Below, one piece after another: positions 38,971 to 51,587 of a stretch of DNA of 64,000 nucleotides. How positions within the stretch are numbered: position 1 is the stretch's first letter; each line of letters starts with the position of its first letter. This DNA is from Nymphaea colorata (lineage: Eukaryota). The notes beneath the pieces are model-generated. The model saw only the letters and a list, made by a program, of their open reading frames with translations. It was not told the DNA's origin and did no database searches. The stretch is taken from positions 4,588,001 through 4,652,000 of the forward strand of contig NC_045138.2 of assembly GCF_008831285.2 (NCBI RefSeq), read 5' to 3'. The position numbers were made by a program, and so were the translations under genes.

Positions 38971-40802
38971 GACCTTACACTTGATAAAGCAAGTGCAGCA
39001 GTTAGTCACAGCAAGATTAAAATTGTACAAGAAAATGCTTAATGAAGATTTCTTTTACTAATGATGGATTAGAAAGTTGGTTGGACATAGCCTTCAAGAT
39101 GATCAGGCAAAGAGACAATGTTGGATGTATATGAGTGTGGACAGAACGGGGAAGCTCAAATTTGTCCTTGTCATTATAGGTTTGTTGTAACAGAATTTGG
39201 ATTGTCACTAGCTCTCCCACATCAAGTTCCCGCTTGTACATGCCACCAGCTCTCCCACGTCAATTCTTTTTATTTAGATTCGAGATCTTCATTATCAGCT
39301 TGAGAATGGTATCTTCGAATTTAGTCTTTATTCCTTTAAACAGAAAATTTGTGTTATGATTTGATGAAGAAGAAAGAGATATGAAAGTTACTTTCATATA
39401 ATAGAGTGTTGAAATTAGATCCAATGTACTAGCTAGTTGCATGCTGAATTGACCCATAAATTCAACTAGGTTTCGTGGCTGGAAAGTGCCCTTATTCATA
39501 TTTCTGAATTTCTGGCTAGTCATGCTCAGAGAGTCAAGCGTTATCTGAGTGCAAAAAACGAGAGTCTTGCTGCTGATATCAAACAGGTGTTAAACGTGTG
39601 CCTCTCAACAACAGGGAGAAACGTATAACTGCCTAAGGTGGGACGGATTCTTCACTTGCTGTTCATTTGTCACGTGTTTGCGTCGTTCCCAGTTTGACAG
39701 CAGATTGTTTGGAACATGGGAGTCTTGCACAGCTGGTCTTTCGCTGACCAAATGGCCCGTAACCAATTGTGGCACCATATAGAAAAAGGGCAGGGGCTTC
39801 GATACCTCGTCATCCCGAAAGATCGATGCCTTTCCTTTTTGTCTTTCCTTCCTGCTCGTGGTTTCCTTCTCAACCCAGAAAACCCTAACCCATGTCTCCC
39901 TCTCTGTCCTCTTTTCCTCTCCTCTCCTCTCCTAGTGGAAGCCTTATCTGCAAGAAAACCCTAAATAATCTCCCTTCTCTGATATCTTGCCAGTTTCATT
40001 TCTCCTTTGCGGGTTTACGCATGAAGCCCTAGCTTTCACCCTTCAAAAGCTCTTTCTTCTATCGAAATCTCTCTCTCTCTAGAGATAGAGAGAGAGAGAA
40101 AGAGCTTTAAGTAGCTCACTATCTCTCTAGAGATAAAGAGAGAGAGAGACTTCAATAGAAGAAAGAGCTTTTGAAGGGCGAAAGCTAGGGCTTCGTGCGT
40201 AAACCCGCAAAAGAGAAATGAAAATGGCAAGATATGAGAGAAGGGAGATTATTTAAGGTTTTCTTGCAGATAAGGCTTCCACTAGCAGAGGAGAAGAGAG
40301 GAGGAGAGGACAGATAGGGAGACACGGGGTAGGGTTTTCTGGGTTGAGAAGGAAACCACGGGCAGGAAGGAAAGACAAAAGAGAAAGGCGTCGATCTTTC
40401 AGGATGACAAGGGAGTGAAGCCCCCGCCCTTTTTCTATATGGCGCCACGATTGGTTATGGGCACCGTTTGATCATGGAAAGACCGACTGTGTGGGACTCC
40501 CATGTTCCGAACAATCTGCCATCAAACTGGGAACGACGTAAACACGTGACGAGTGAACAGTAAGTGAAGAATCCGTCCCACCTTAGTCAGTTATACGTTT
40601 CTCCCTGTTATTGAGAGGCACGCACTTCTGCCCACACTCGTATACATCCAACATTTGTCTCTTTGCCTGATCATCTTGAAGGCTATTTCCAACCAACTTT
40701 GTAATCCTTCATTAGTGAAAGAAATGTTCATTAAGCATTTTCTTGTACAACTTTAATCTTGCTGTGAAGAACTGCTGCACTTGCTTGATCAAGTGTAAGG
40801 TC
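38971..40802. repeat. Fold-back inverted repeat: inner ~1.03 kb palindrome (39596-40625) plus outer arms 38971-39146 / 40626-40802
   Basis: Base-by-base reverse complementarity around a centre near 40110. 39147-39595 is present only in the left arm. Confidence 0.95.
39671..39965 (+). promoter_or_regulatory. Promoter/5'UTR-like segment facing the palindrome centre (mirrored at ~40250-40548 on -)
   Basis: In canonical order: G-box CACGTG 39671, CCAAT 39763, TATA-like TATAGAAA 39778, a pyrimidine-rich leader, and telo-boxes AAACCCTAA at 39880 and 39956. Confidence 0.5.
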
Positions 40803-41549
40803 TCAGCCTGACTAAAGGCTCATCCCTTGGTCTCCACACGAACAGAAGCGAAAACAACAACGAAACCCATGTAGTGCTCAACTTCAATCCCACCTCAAAA
40901 AACAAGAACAAAACAACAACAAATAAAAAAATGCCATTAGCATAAACAAGAGAGAACAAGTCAAGTGGAGAAACTCTGCTTCCGGTGTCATCCACCTGAG
41001 AGCACATTTTCAGTTGAGGGGGAATTAGCATATTTAGGGTGAGATGTAGACAAAATAAAAAATAAATCAAACAAATAGACATTAAACGCCCAAAACCGAA
41101 CACCCAAAATTGCTGCAGGGCTAAAAGATGTGGAGGGGAGAAGCGGAAGAGCCAACCTGCTCTGGAGGGGAGAAGGCCGAAGGGAGGAGCAGACCTGGGT
41201 CTGCTCCTGCCAGAGCTCTATCCTGCGCTGCAGAGGGGAGAAGATCCAAGCAAATTTGCTGATGCTGGAGCTGTGGAGAAGTTCTGCGGCAGCCAAATGA
41301 AAGAGCGTGCAAGATGCACAGATTGGGCTAAGAACCTACATGACTTAACACAACAAGCGGCATCGCAGTTCGCCCCTTCCCCTTTCTTCCCATTTATGGT
41401 GAATGGTTGGGCGCAGGGCAGGGAAACACAATGTTTCCGATGGTTTTTTCTGGAGCTGGATTGGTGCACTGGCAGCAATGGGGTGTGAAGCTTCTTTTAA
41501 CACAGAGCTTCATTGGGACGTAGCTCCGCTACTCAAGGAAGAGTTCCAA

Positions 41550-44500
41550 CAAGACCTCTCACGCAGCGCAGGCAGCACAGGAGCAAGGGGGCAGACTAAT
41601 TCACTTCAAAAAAGGTTGCAGTTTGAACTGAACAACCCTTTTCTTTTCACCCACGATCAAGATCACAGCACCAAGCTTGTCCACCGTTTCACAAATCACA
41701 TCCCTTGCATCTCCACTCGCCACTATGCAATCGATTTTGACCTGACCATTTTTGTCAATCAATGCAGAAATTCAATGACTATTTCCACCATGAGCAGCCT
41801 ATTAATTTACTTTCTTATAGTATCTGGAACTATGTGATATTGTTGATTGCATGAATAAAAAACCTAATGACGCCATTGACTGGTAGAACACATAAGAGTA
41901 GGAACATAATGTTTATAGTACAGGTGTGAGACTAGCGCTTTATGATCCACGCAAACAAGTTGCAAGGCACACTGTAGATCACAATCACAATGGACCCCTG
42001 GAAGTAGACTGGCGTTGGAGGTGGTTGTATGGGATGTAGCTGCCGGATGGATAAAATTTTAAATAAATCGTTATTAAAATCACTATAAACAGTCACTGTA
42101 TCATAAATCATGGGCAATACATATCAGATAATTATTTTTTAACAACAAATTCTTAAATTTTAAAAAGGCACTAAACCAGATAAGGATCACTTTCAACTTC
42201 ACCTGAAAGTCAAGATGCCACATACCACCCCGATGCTTTAAGGTTAAGGAGGCATATAAAAATTGAAGCATTATTTAATGACTAAATCTTGCTTTGATTT
42301 TGGTGAGGCTCTCATAATTTTCTAAGGATCGAGTTGAAGTTAACTGTATTATCTATTGAAAAGGTGATTTCTAAGGATAAATCCATCAACTAAAATTTTC
42401 AGAAACAAAAGCATATATTAAGAGAACATCTGCTGTGCAACAAAATCCAACAGCGTCGCATATGCTCCTCCCAACCACGCTTTACCCCTCTCAGAATATG
42501 CAGTACTTGTGTGATTAACAAGGTAAAAGAAAGGGAAAGATTTGCAAATCCAGAGTATAACGACTGCCGCTGAACTCGAAACAGATTCATGTACCATGGT
42601 GACTCTAGAAACCAGAGTATAAATACCCACAAGAAATCATCCAGTTCTTCAAAGAACTGCAATGATGCAATTCAAAAAACATGTGGTGCACAATATCTGA
42701 GAACAGGAATACCTCTGGTATGGATGATTACGATGCCCTTAGAAACTACTGGATGCGCAACTCCAGGGCCGCCACTATGAAAAGAATGAAGAAAGGATAA
42801 CCCGGTTTGGAGGTAATAGCCGGTTGGATAGCCAGAGAGAAAGAGAGAGAAAGGTCCTTCACTCCAAGTAGAGGACTGCCTGAAGAAAAGTTGGGTGAGG
42901 TCTTGTAATGAAAGCATGAGATTTAACGTGGTTTTCCACCACAGAAGTGCAACATTAGCCTTAAGGATCATAGTGTTTGATTTGATATTTATACTCTCTT
43001 TTTCCAATAATCTCTAGTCATATCTTTGATTTTTATTACAACTATGCGTCGCCGAATTTCTTTGTTGATAGCGATGTAATTATTATTTTTGTTGGTTTCT
43101 TTATTTTTATAGATATCATTTACTTATTGGTTGTAAAATTATCATCGACAATAATAACATTTTTTTTTGTGGAGCAAAAATGTTAGTTGCTTTACGTTAC
43201 ATGAATGTTGCTAGATTTGGTATTTATACCCTCAGTTGACAATAAGGTCAAGAAATGATTTTTTTTTTTGCTAATTCGGGTGGATCACCATGCCTGTTGA
43301 TAACAATGTTATTATTATTTTTATTACATCTTTGCTTTTATTGATGTTGTTCTCTTATAAGTCGCCACATTATCTTTAACAATATAATGTTTCTTTCATT
43401 GAGAAGATTTTTTTTTTATAACGCTAAATCATTTGCATAACACTTTCCATTTTCACCTCCAAGACATACTTGAAAAATCTAAGAGATCATATTTGATATT
43501 TTAAATTTCAAATTTAGATATTTGATTACTAACAAGGATTTGAAAACATTTATTTAAAAAAATTGAGAATCACATTATATATTTCAAAATTATTGATTTG
43601 AATTAGCAAGAGAACGATCAATTTATGGGAATAGAAATTCACACACGGCATAAACCACTATTTTAAGGGAAACGACACATATGGAATTCACTACAGGTTT
43701 TCTTTCAAAAGAGCAATCAAAGAATAAGACACCATAGAATGCACATCAAACGTCCGGCCAATTTGAGTAAAGAATGTATTATTCTACTTTGGATTTGCTC
43801 TTCACAAAGTAGTAAAGCATGAGATGGATTTCATGAATGCATATTACCAATACAATGCAAGGAACCCATTAAAGGTTCAATTTGCCTAAACAATTACAAA
43901 AAGTTCAATGAAATTAAAGCAGCCAACAGCCCACTACCCCGAGCCAAGCCCAAAATCCAAACCCAAACTCTGTTCAAGTGTACAAGGGATGCTGACTTCC
44001 ACACGTGCATCGCTCGATATTTTGTACTTATCTGGCACCTCGTTCCTTTGGTTCACGTCTTTCATCTTCAGCCACTAAGAGTGTGTTTGACAATTAAACT
44101 CAGATTTCAATTCCAAAGCTGATCTGCCTAAGATCCCTTTTACGTGGGATGCACAGTGGAAACAAACATTGGATTTTGCTACTATGTGAGAAAATTGGAT
44201 TTGTTTCCCAGGCACTTATGACAAAAACATTGGATTTGAGGTTGAATGGGATGAGATCTGTCCTTAAATTCATGAATATGAGATTCTAGTGATCTCAAAT
44301 CCGAGGCTACCTAAAGCTCTATAAAGAACTTCACTTATTGTCAAACAAAGAAGTTTTTGCTCATTAGACAAACAACATGCACGTAGTACACAAAGTAGAA
44401 ACAATGAAGCACTTTCTCTTATTAATGTGACCTAACCTATCTGGAGAAGCCCAGTAATGTTTTTTGAATTTCAAGATCAGAATAGATGGAATTCGACTGC

Positions 44501-47500
44501 CTTTGTGTTCAAAAGTTGACTGATATGTTGAGTGCTATAAATAAAAATAAGATCCTCTTGCATTGATGCCTTGACTTGAACAAATTCAGCAAATTTGATA
44601 CTGGTTCGGTCAAATCAAGTGTGCCACTCTTAATTGCGTCCTCCTGTAAACTTATGCCGATGCAAGTCAACTTGATGCAAAATAATTTCAAATGACAATT
44701 AGTTTAGCCTAAGTGCGATATTAGGTACTGAATTTGATAAAGTTGAGATTAATGATATGTTAATTGAAATTAAACAATTAATGGAGTCGGTTTTGGCTCA
44801 AGACTCAACTTAGCTCAGACCTAGTGATGGTCTTGATCAATCTAGGCAACTCAGGTGGCCAGTCCATTTCTACCAAGTTCATGGCGTGTAGTCGGGTATG
44901 TGGTGGCCTTCAATGTCTAGCAGTCACCGGCTTCGTGTTGGTGGACTTAGTTGAGGTTGGTCAGACAGGCTTATCTGGTTGGAGATTTAAATTGTTACTT
45001 CACCCAGATTTTCTTATGGGTTTGGTTATCAAGATCGCTAGCCGTTGCTTGAAAGCTATCTTTATATATATATATATATATATCTGTGTGTGTGTGTTTT
45101 GAAAAATAAGATGTTATATGTTGGAAAGAATTTAAATGACACTTCCAAACCAGGATTTTTTGGAGTATTTTACAAGCTCAAAACCTAGTTTTGTAAAATA
45201 CAGTAGAAAAGCAATCCCCATTAGGTTAAAATTCATATAAAACTAGATTTTGGGTGTACCACCAAACAAATAAACAAATTTTGAAAACTCATTAGAAAAC
45301 ATAGGTTTTCATAAAACCTTTCCAAAACTTGTTTAGACCATGGTTTCATCCGAATGACACTTTAAAATTAAAAAAATATATTTTGTGCCTTATAAAAAAA
45401 CTCTAAGTATGTCAACTGATTGGATTTAAATCCGATATATCCTTAACCGTATCTGCTATTTTCGGATTCAAATTCAGATTTAGATACGAATAAAGAAAAG
45501 TCATATCCGAATCTGAAATTTGAATACAAATCTAATTTTTATATTCATATTCAAATCTGAATCCCAATTTTGAACTGGATTTTATGAATTTTCAAAATAT
45601 AATAGCATTAGATACAAGATATTTGTCTAAAAATGAATCTGATTCGAATCCATATCCATATGTGATTGGATATTTGCATATATCTGAATCTGGACCAGAT
45701 CGGATGCCACCGGCCTCTTGATCTCGTCATATTCCATAGAGCCATTCTCGAACGACCCCTCGACTCCAGCGAGAAATAAAATGAAAAAAATGAGTTGCAA
45801 ACTTTCCTAAACTGAAAAAAACTTAAATATAACTTAACGTTATTGTAATTTTAAATATAATGTAAGTTTAAGCAATACAGAAAAATTAGGACCTGCACAA
45901 TGAAAAGGAAATAGAAAAACATGAACATAGTTTTTTCATTATTTAAAGCTATCAATCTCTAAAAAATATTTTTTTCCAAATTTAAAAGAATGTTGAAAAA
46001 TTAAGTATAAGAAAGAACCCATGAATTTCTGGCTAAGTACCATCCAAAATATTTAATTTGGTTATTTTCTATTAAATAAAAAATTAAGTTAAGTACAATA
46101 ATTTTGCTTTTAAGAAATAGACATATAACACAATTGAATCGGGTAATGTAATAAAATATTTTTACTTAAAATAATAAGTTCAAGTGTTAAGGGCATTATT
46201 GTAAATCAAATTAAATTATCTCTTTTCTTTTCTTTTATATGCAAACAAACTTTTATAATAATATATTTTTCTTTCTTCTCCTTTTCTTTTCTTTCCCCAC
46301 CAATTTTCTTTCAATTCCTTTTTCTTTCTTGTCCCTTCCATCCATTAATCATTTTCTTAAGTTTTCCTCCATCCAAACACGGTGAATCCAAACATGGCAA
46401 AAAAGATAAGGCCGAAAAACCCATATCTATTCGACTAGCTATCTTAGGCTTTGTTTGGACCTTCCCTTCTATACTTATATTTAGCGGTCATAGTTATGGG
46501 CAAATGATCTAGTCATTAAATCTAGGAAACAACAAAATCATTTCGATCCAGTCTTTGATGCTACTATTGCAAGCGTTGCGAACATGGTTATATGTGGCAT
46601 ACTGATATACAAATTTTCATGCAACCGTATTTGGTACACTGTAAGGTTAATGAATAAAATACCCTAAGATCTCTCAGCAACCATCTACCTACAGCAAAGG
46701 GTTAAAAAGAGCTTTATGCCCTTTGTTCAATAGTTTTTGCCAATAAAGAAAAAAGAGATGAGCACTGAAATCATTCCTTTTAGCCAAATGGAATAGAAAC
46801 GAAAGCGCTACAATAATCACACCACTAGCTAAAAATTGTGTCACAGAAAACAAACAGATCATGCTGTAAGTCGTCACCTTCTTTTATAATTTGGTCGTGA
46901 AAAATGCATAGCCTTTCATAACACAGCGGAAAGTTCCGCTAAAATGTTACCTTTGTGTGTGCATACTTTGTAGTGTGCAATCGAAGGGCCCCAGTTGGTG
47001 ACTTGCTTTTTAATTAAACCAATAGAATATCTAATTCAAGAATCTTTTTAAAAATTTATCGATTTCAGCACTCAACCATATCCATATATCATAGGAGTCG
47101 TAAAATATTTATATGTATCTTGGAAAGTTTCTCTAGAAAATGGGAATAATTATTAAAAAGGGAATAAACCTGAAAATATGTAATTCATAAGATTTGGTCT
47201 ATCATAAATAAAATTATTCTCTTATCGCTGTCTTTTTGACTGGTGGATTTCATAACTGTCTTTTTTTGGCTTTTTTTTTGTATGAATACCCTTTTGTTTT
47301 TGTTTTTTTGTACGAATACCCTTTGTCTACTGTAAAAAAAAAATGATGTTCTCGACACTTTGTCTCTTTTGCTGTGGTATTATGGATTAAATTCATATCA
47401 CACCTGCCTATTTTACTTTAGTCTATAGGAATACTGTTGGTCCATTGTAACGAAAATGATTCTCTGGTCACCGTTTTTTCTTTACTGATTGATGGTTTGT

Positions 47501-47690
47501 ATTAAATTCATCAAACAATTGTGCTTTTTGCTTTATTTTGTATGAATACCTGAAGAGGCTGAAGCCTCTTCCTTTTTTCTTTCAACCCGGTTCTCGGTGG
47601 AGAGCTTTCATAATATATGAACTAACAGTAGCACTCATAATGAATGAACAAACATTGAACTTTCATTGACCCATTAGTCCCACCAACTAC
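41550..47690. repeat. Mosaic module copy 3
   Basis: Direct paralog of 18385-23640 and inverted paralog of 9895-14465. It ends at ...ccaactaca, as copy 2 does, and an LTR follows. Confidence 0.9.
41649..41741 (-). pseudogene. Truncated USP exon
   Basis: ag|VKIDCIVASGDARDVICETVDKLGAVILIVG, with the same breakpoint as the 18488-18580 copy. Confidence 0.75.
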
Positions 47691-47699
47691 AAACGGACA

Positions 47700-50049
47700 T
47701 CGATCTAAAATGAATTTTTAAACCCAAGTTTAGATCCGAATCAAACCCAAAATTTGAAATCACATTCGAAACGACAAAAATTTGAGCGTCGCGCGAGCAT
47801 AGACTTCCCTTTGTCTAAGGTCTCATTTCCATGCCAAAACATGTTTTGAAACCCAAGTCACATGCTCGAACGAGTTGACAAATGACTGAACCGAAATCAG
47901 ATTTGGAGCGAGTCTGGAGTCACTCAAAATGGAGTCGACCGCCTATTTTCAACAAAAACTTTTCTTTTACCCATTTTAAATAAAAAAAATGTTTTTATGC
48001 TTCCTATATCAACAACATTTTTATTTTATTTTTTCAAATTTTATTTAAATTAAAAAAAACGTTTTTTTTGCTCTCCCACGCACCTGCGCATGCTAATGCA
48101 ATGCTTGACAGCGCGTGCGACCGTGCGGTCATGCGTTGCTGTGCACATGCGCAGCCAAAACATCCTTCCGGGCCTGCCTTGTGCGCAGACCCCATTTGTC
48201 TTCAAAAATTGATATTTGGAGGCCATTTTTTGAACATTTTTTAAGGGCATTTGCCCTACCTATGCCCCCAAAAAATGAATTTCCAAGCCTAATGGCCAAT
48301 CAATACTTATTTCAAACCCATTTATTTTTCAAAATAATTCAAAATTATTTGAAATTCAAAAGAATTTGAATTTTGAGTTTGGCTCCAAAATCCTCTATAA
48401 ATACTGCCCATTTCCCCCCTCTTAAGCAATGAGTAACTGTAATTACCTCAAATTTTTTCCAAAAAGAATGCCCTCTTTTATTAAAAAAACAAAACCCAAT
48501 TTTTGGATCTAAATTGGTCCAAAGCCACAATCCAAATCTAAATTAGATCCAAAAACCCAAGTTCAAATCCAAATCAAGCATTTGAGACCCATTTGCCCCT
48601 CCTTTTTGACAAAAAACCTTTTTCTGGGGGGCAATTTTGGTCTTTTTGATAAATAATATCCATTTGCCCCTCCTTTTGAGAAAGAACCTCCTTTTAAAGG
48701 GTAATTTTTATCTTTTTGGTAAACAAGACCCATTTGTCCCTTCTTTCTGACAAAGAACCTCCTTTTAGAGGGCAATTTTTGTCTTTTTGGTAAAGAAGAC
48801 CCATTTGCCCATCTTTTTTGACAAAGAACCTCCATTTAGAGGTCAATTTTGGTTTTTTTAGTAAACAAGATCCATTTGCCCCTCCTTTTTGACAAAGAAC
48901 CTCCTTTGAGAGAGTAATTTTGGTCTTTTACAAAAAAAAAATTAAATTTTAGGTTTTGGCTCAAAAATCTTCTATAAATACCCCCCACTTCCCCCCCCGT
49001 TAGGCAAGGTTGTCCCTTGAGAGAAACTCTAGTGTATTCTCACTTGAAGGCTTAGAGTTTCTCTTGAGCTCTCTCTCTCTCCCTCTTCCTCTTTCCATTT
49101 ATCTCCAACTTGGAGGAAGCCATAACCCTCTTGGAGGCATCATCTTTGAGCTTCACTCAAGGAGATCTTCAAGCTAAGGTATTCACTTTTCCAAAAGTTA
49201 TTCTCCCTAGAGGTATGTAATCATTATCTCATCTCTTTCTTTCTTCATTTTCCTTTCTTCTTCCTCTCCCCATGGCCAAAGGAGATAGCTCTCACTCTCT
49301 ATTTTAGAGTCAAGAGGCTATGCTCAAGTATACCGGGAGCATAAGAAGATGAGATGATCTTCAATTCTATGATTAAATCATGTTCTTTCTTTTCTTGATT
49401 ATAGTATTGTTGTTATTGTTCTTTCTCTTCGTTAATATATTCTTGTTTTTATTGTCATTTCTTTTTCTTGAATATAGTTTGGTTGTTGTTCTCTTTATTT
49501 TCTTCTCATCTTCATCTCCCTATGGCCAAAAGAGATGGCACTCAATCTCTATTTGAGAGAGAAGAGGCTATGTTCAAGTGCACCGGGAGCATGGAAAGAT
49601 GAGATGATCTTTCATTTCAAGCTTAAATCATGCTTTGTATTTTATTAAATATGGCATTGTCTTCCATTTTCATGTTCTTCTCATCTTCATCTCCTCATGG
49701 CCAAAGGAGATAGCACTCAATCTCTATTTTAGAGACAAGAGGCTATGCTCAAGTGCACTGGGAGCATGGAAAGATGAGATGATTTCTCATTTTAAGCTTA
49801 AATCATGTTTTCTATTTCATTAAATATGACATTGTCTTTATTTTATTGTCATCTTCATCTCGCCATGGCCAAAGAAGATGACACTCAATCTCTATTTTAG
49901 AGATAAGAGGCTATGCTTGAGTGTACCGGGAGCATGATGAAATGGTATATCTTTTCATTGTTACATCATGTTCTATCTCTATTTACATCATGTTTTTTTT
50001 GTCCCTCACTCCATTATGTTCTCTCTCTTTCTCCCCCCCATCATGCTCC

Positions 50050-50081
<32 letters not shown>

Positions 50082-51566
50082 TTCTCTTGCTTTCCTTCCT
50101 TGAATATTGTTTATATGCTATTACTTAATTTTCCATTTGTATGTGAATGCATGGTGAGAATGAGAGTGTGGTTTGGGATTCTCTCTTTATTATTATGTTG
50201 ACTAATTTTTGAGGTTGGGGCTTGTCCAACCCGAGAAGAACCTTCACGAATTTGTACATGTTAAAGTGCATTTTCGTATCATTTCGTGTTAATTTCCTTT
50301 TAATCGACCGATTACGAACCCTAGTGAGCACCCCATCGTGTGGTTTGAGTTTCTTTCATACCCAACGGTGGATGAAACATATTCCATTGCAACTAATGAA
50401 ATAACTATGTTTTATGTTTTCCAAAATACTTTCAAAAGATTCCTTTCTAATATGGCTTTGGGGACTTAGCTTAAGCACTTGTATGAGTCCAAGCACCCTT
50501 CCGGCCTATATCAAATTTGAAGTCAGATGATTTAACTTATCTTTAGACTCATGAAGGCATACATGTATATACATGTTATATAAATATATGTGCATTTGAT
50601 GATTCTCTTTATCATTCTTTCTCTATGTTTACATATCTCTTTTGAAGTTTTTGTATCAATATGAATGCATATATATATATATATGAATCTCTTACTTTTC
50701 TCTCTCTAGAATCTTTTTCTCCTTTCAAGTCAAATGCCTTTATCTACAAATTTCTTATATATATATATATATATATATATATCATTCTCCATTTCTTTTC
50801 CTCTAAAATATTTCTCTTTATTCAAATCAATGAAGTTTTTACAATCTTCCATATATCTTTTCTACCGCCCTCTCTTTCTCTCTTTCTTTTAAAAGCTTCA
50901 TTTTCTTTCTCTACTCAAATTAAAACCTCATTTTCATAACCTTACATATATGTATCTATACGTATATAGATATACATATATATATATATGTGTATGTGTG
51001 TACGAATGCATATCTTTCTTCCTTTTAAATATTTGATTTTGTGATTTTCAAGATCTCTTTCTCTTTCTCCTTCTCTAATTTTTCTTACAATCAAATATCT
51101 CATCTTTTGCATTCTTTTGGACATCTTTCTTCACCAAAATCATTTTCAATTACCGACTTCATTAAGACCGAATTAGAGCAAAATCTCAAGCCTACTTAAA
51201 GTCTTAAGGGAACACTAAAATGACTTCAAAGTGATTCCCCAAGCTTTTCAAATGATATTTAAAAGATTTCTCAACTCTAGTTTTCATCAAAATGTTTCAC
51301 ATTCTCAAGCAATTGTTCAAGAACCTTTTCAAAAGTTTGAAACATCAAACTTCCAATATTCTTCTAGACCGCATATAGAAAAGGTGTTTATGACAAAATG
51401 AAATGCATCAATAATAAACATAGCCCCTGGATTGATTACCCTCGGTAAAGGTGCCGGGAACGGTTGATCCTTGTACCGATGGGCGAATCCCTTTCTATTT
51501 TATTTTCAAATAAAAATCTTATTTTTCTGGAGCACTCCAAATACTAAATTTTTGTGGATGGAAAGA
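47700..51566 (+). repeat. 5' LTR (~3.9 kb, extreme 5' end missing)
   Basis: Homologous to the solo LTRs 27025-30551 and 32868-34824. It ends gatggaaaga (cf. gatgcaaaca) just before the PBS. Confidence 0.85.
48588..48930. repeat. ~71-bp tandem repeat (~4.8 units) in the LTR, upstream of the TATA box
   Basis: ccatttg(c/t)ccc recurs at ~48590, 48660, 48730, 48801 and 48872. Confidence 0.9.
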
Positions 51567-51568
51567 GA

Positions 51569-51587
51569 TGGCGACTGTGATGGGACC
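51569..51587 (+). promoter_or_regulatory. Primer-binding site, degenerate Ogre-type (tRNA-Arg-like)
   Basis: tggcgactgtgatgggacc directly after the LTR end. Confidence 0.65.

Noticed and set aside
39596..40625. Palindrome as a MULE with long TIRs
   Set aside because: No 9-bp TSD is visible, and the complementarity continues into outer flanks beyond an asymmetric insert. This fits an inverted duplication better, though it is not excluded without a copy-number search.
41403..41837. 144-aa + strand ORF (and related ORFs at 4614-4999) as a real gene
   Set aside because: It is antisense to the USP exon, and the frame is not conserved among paralogs.
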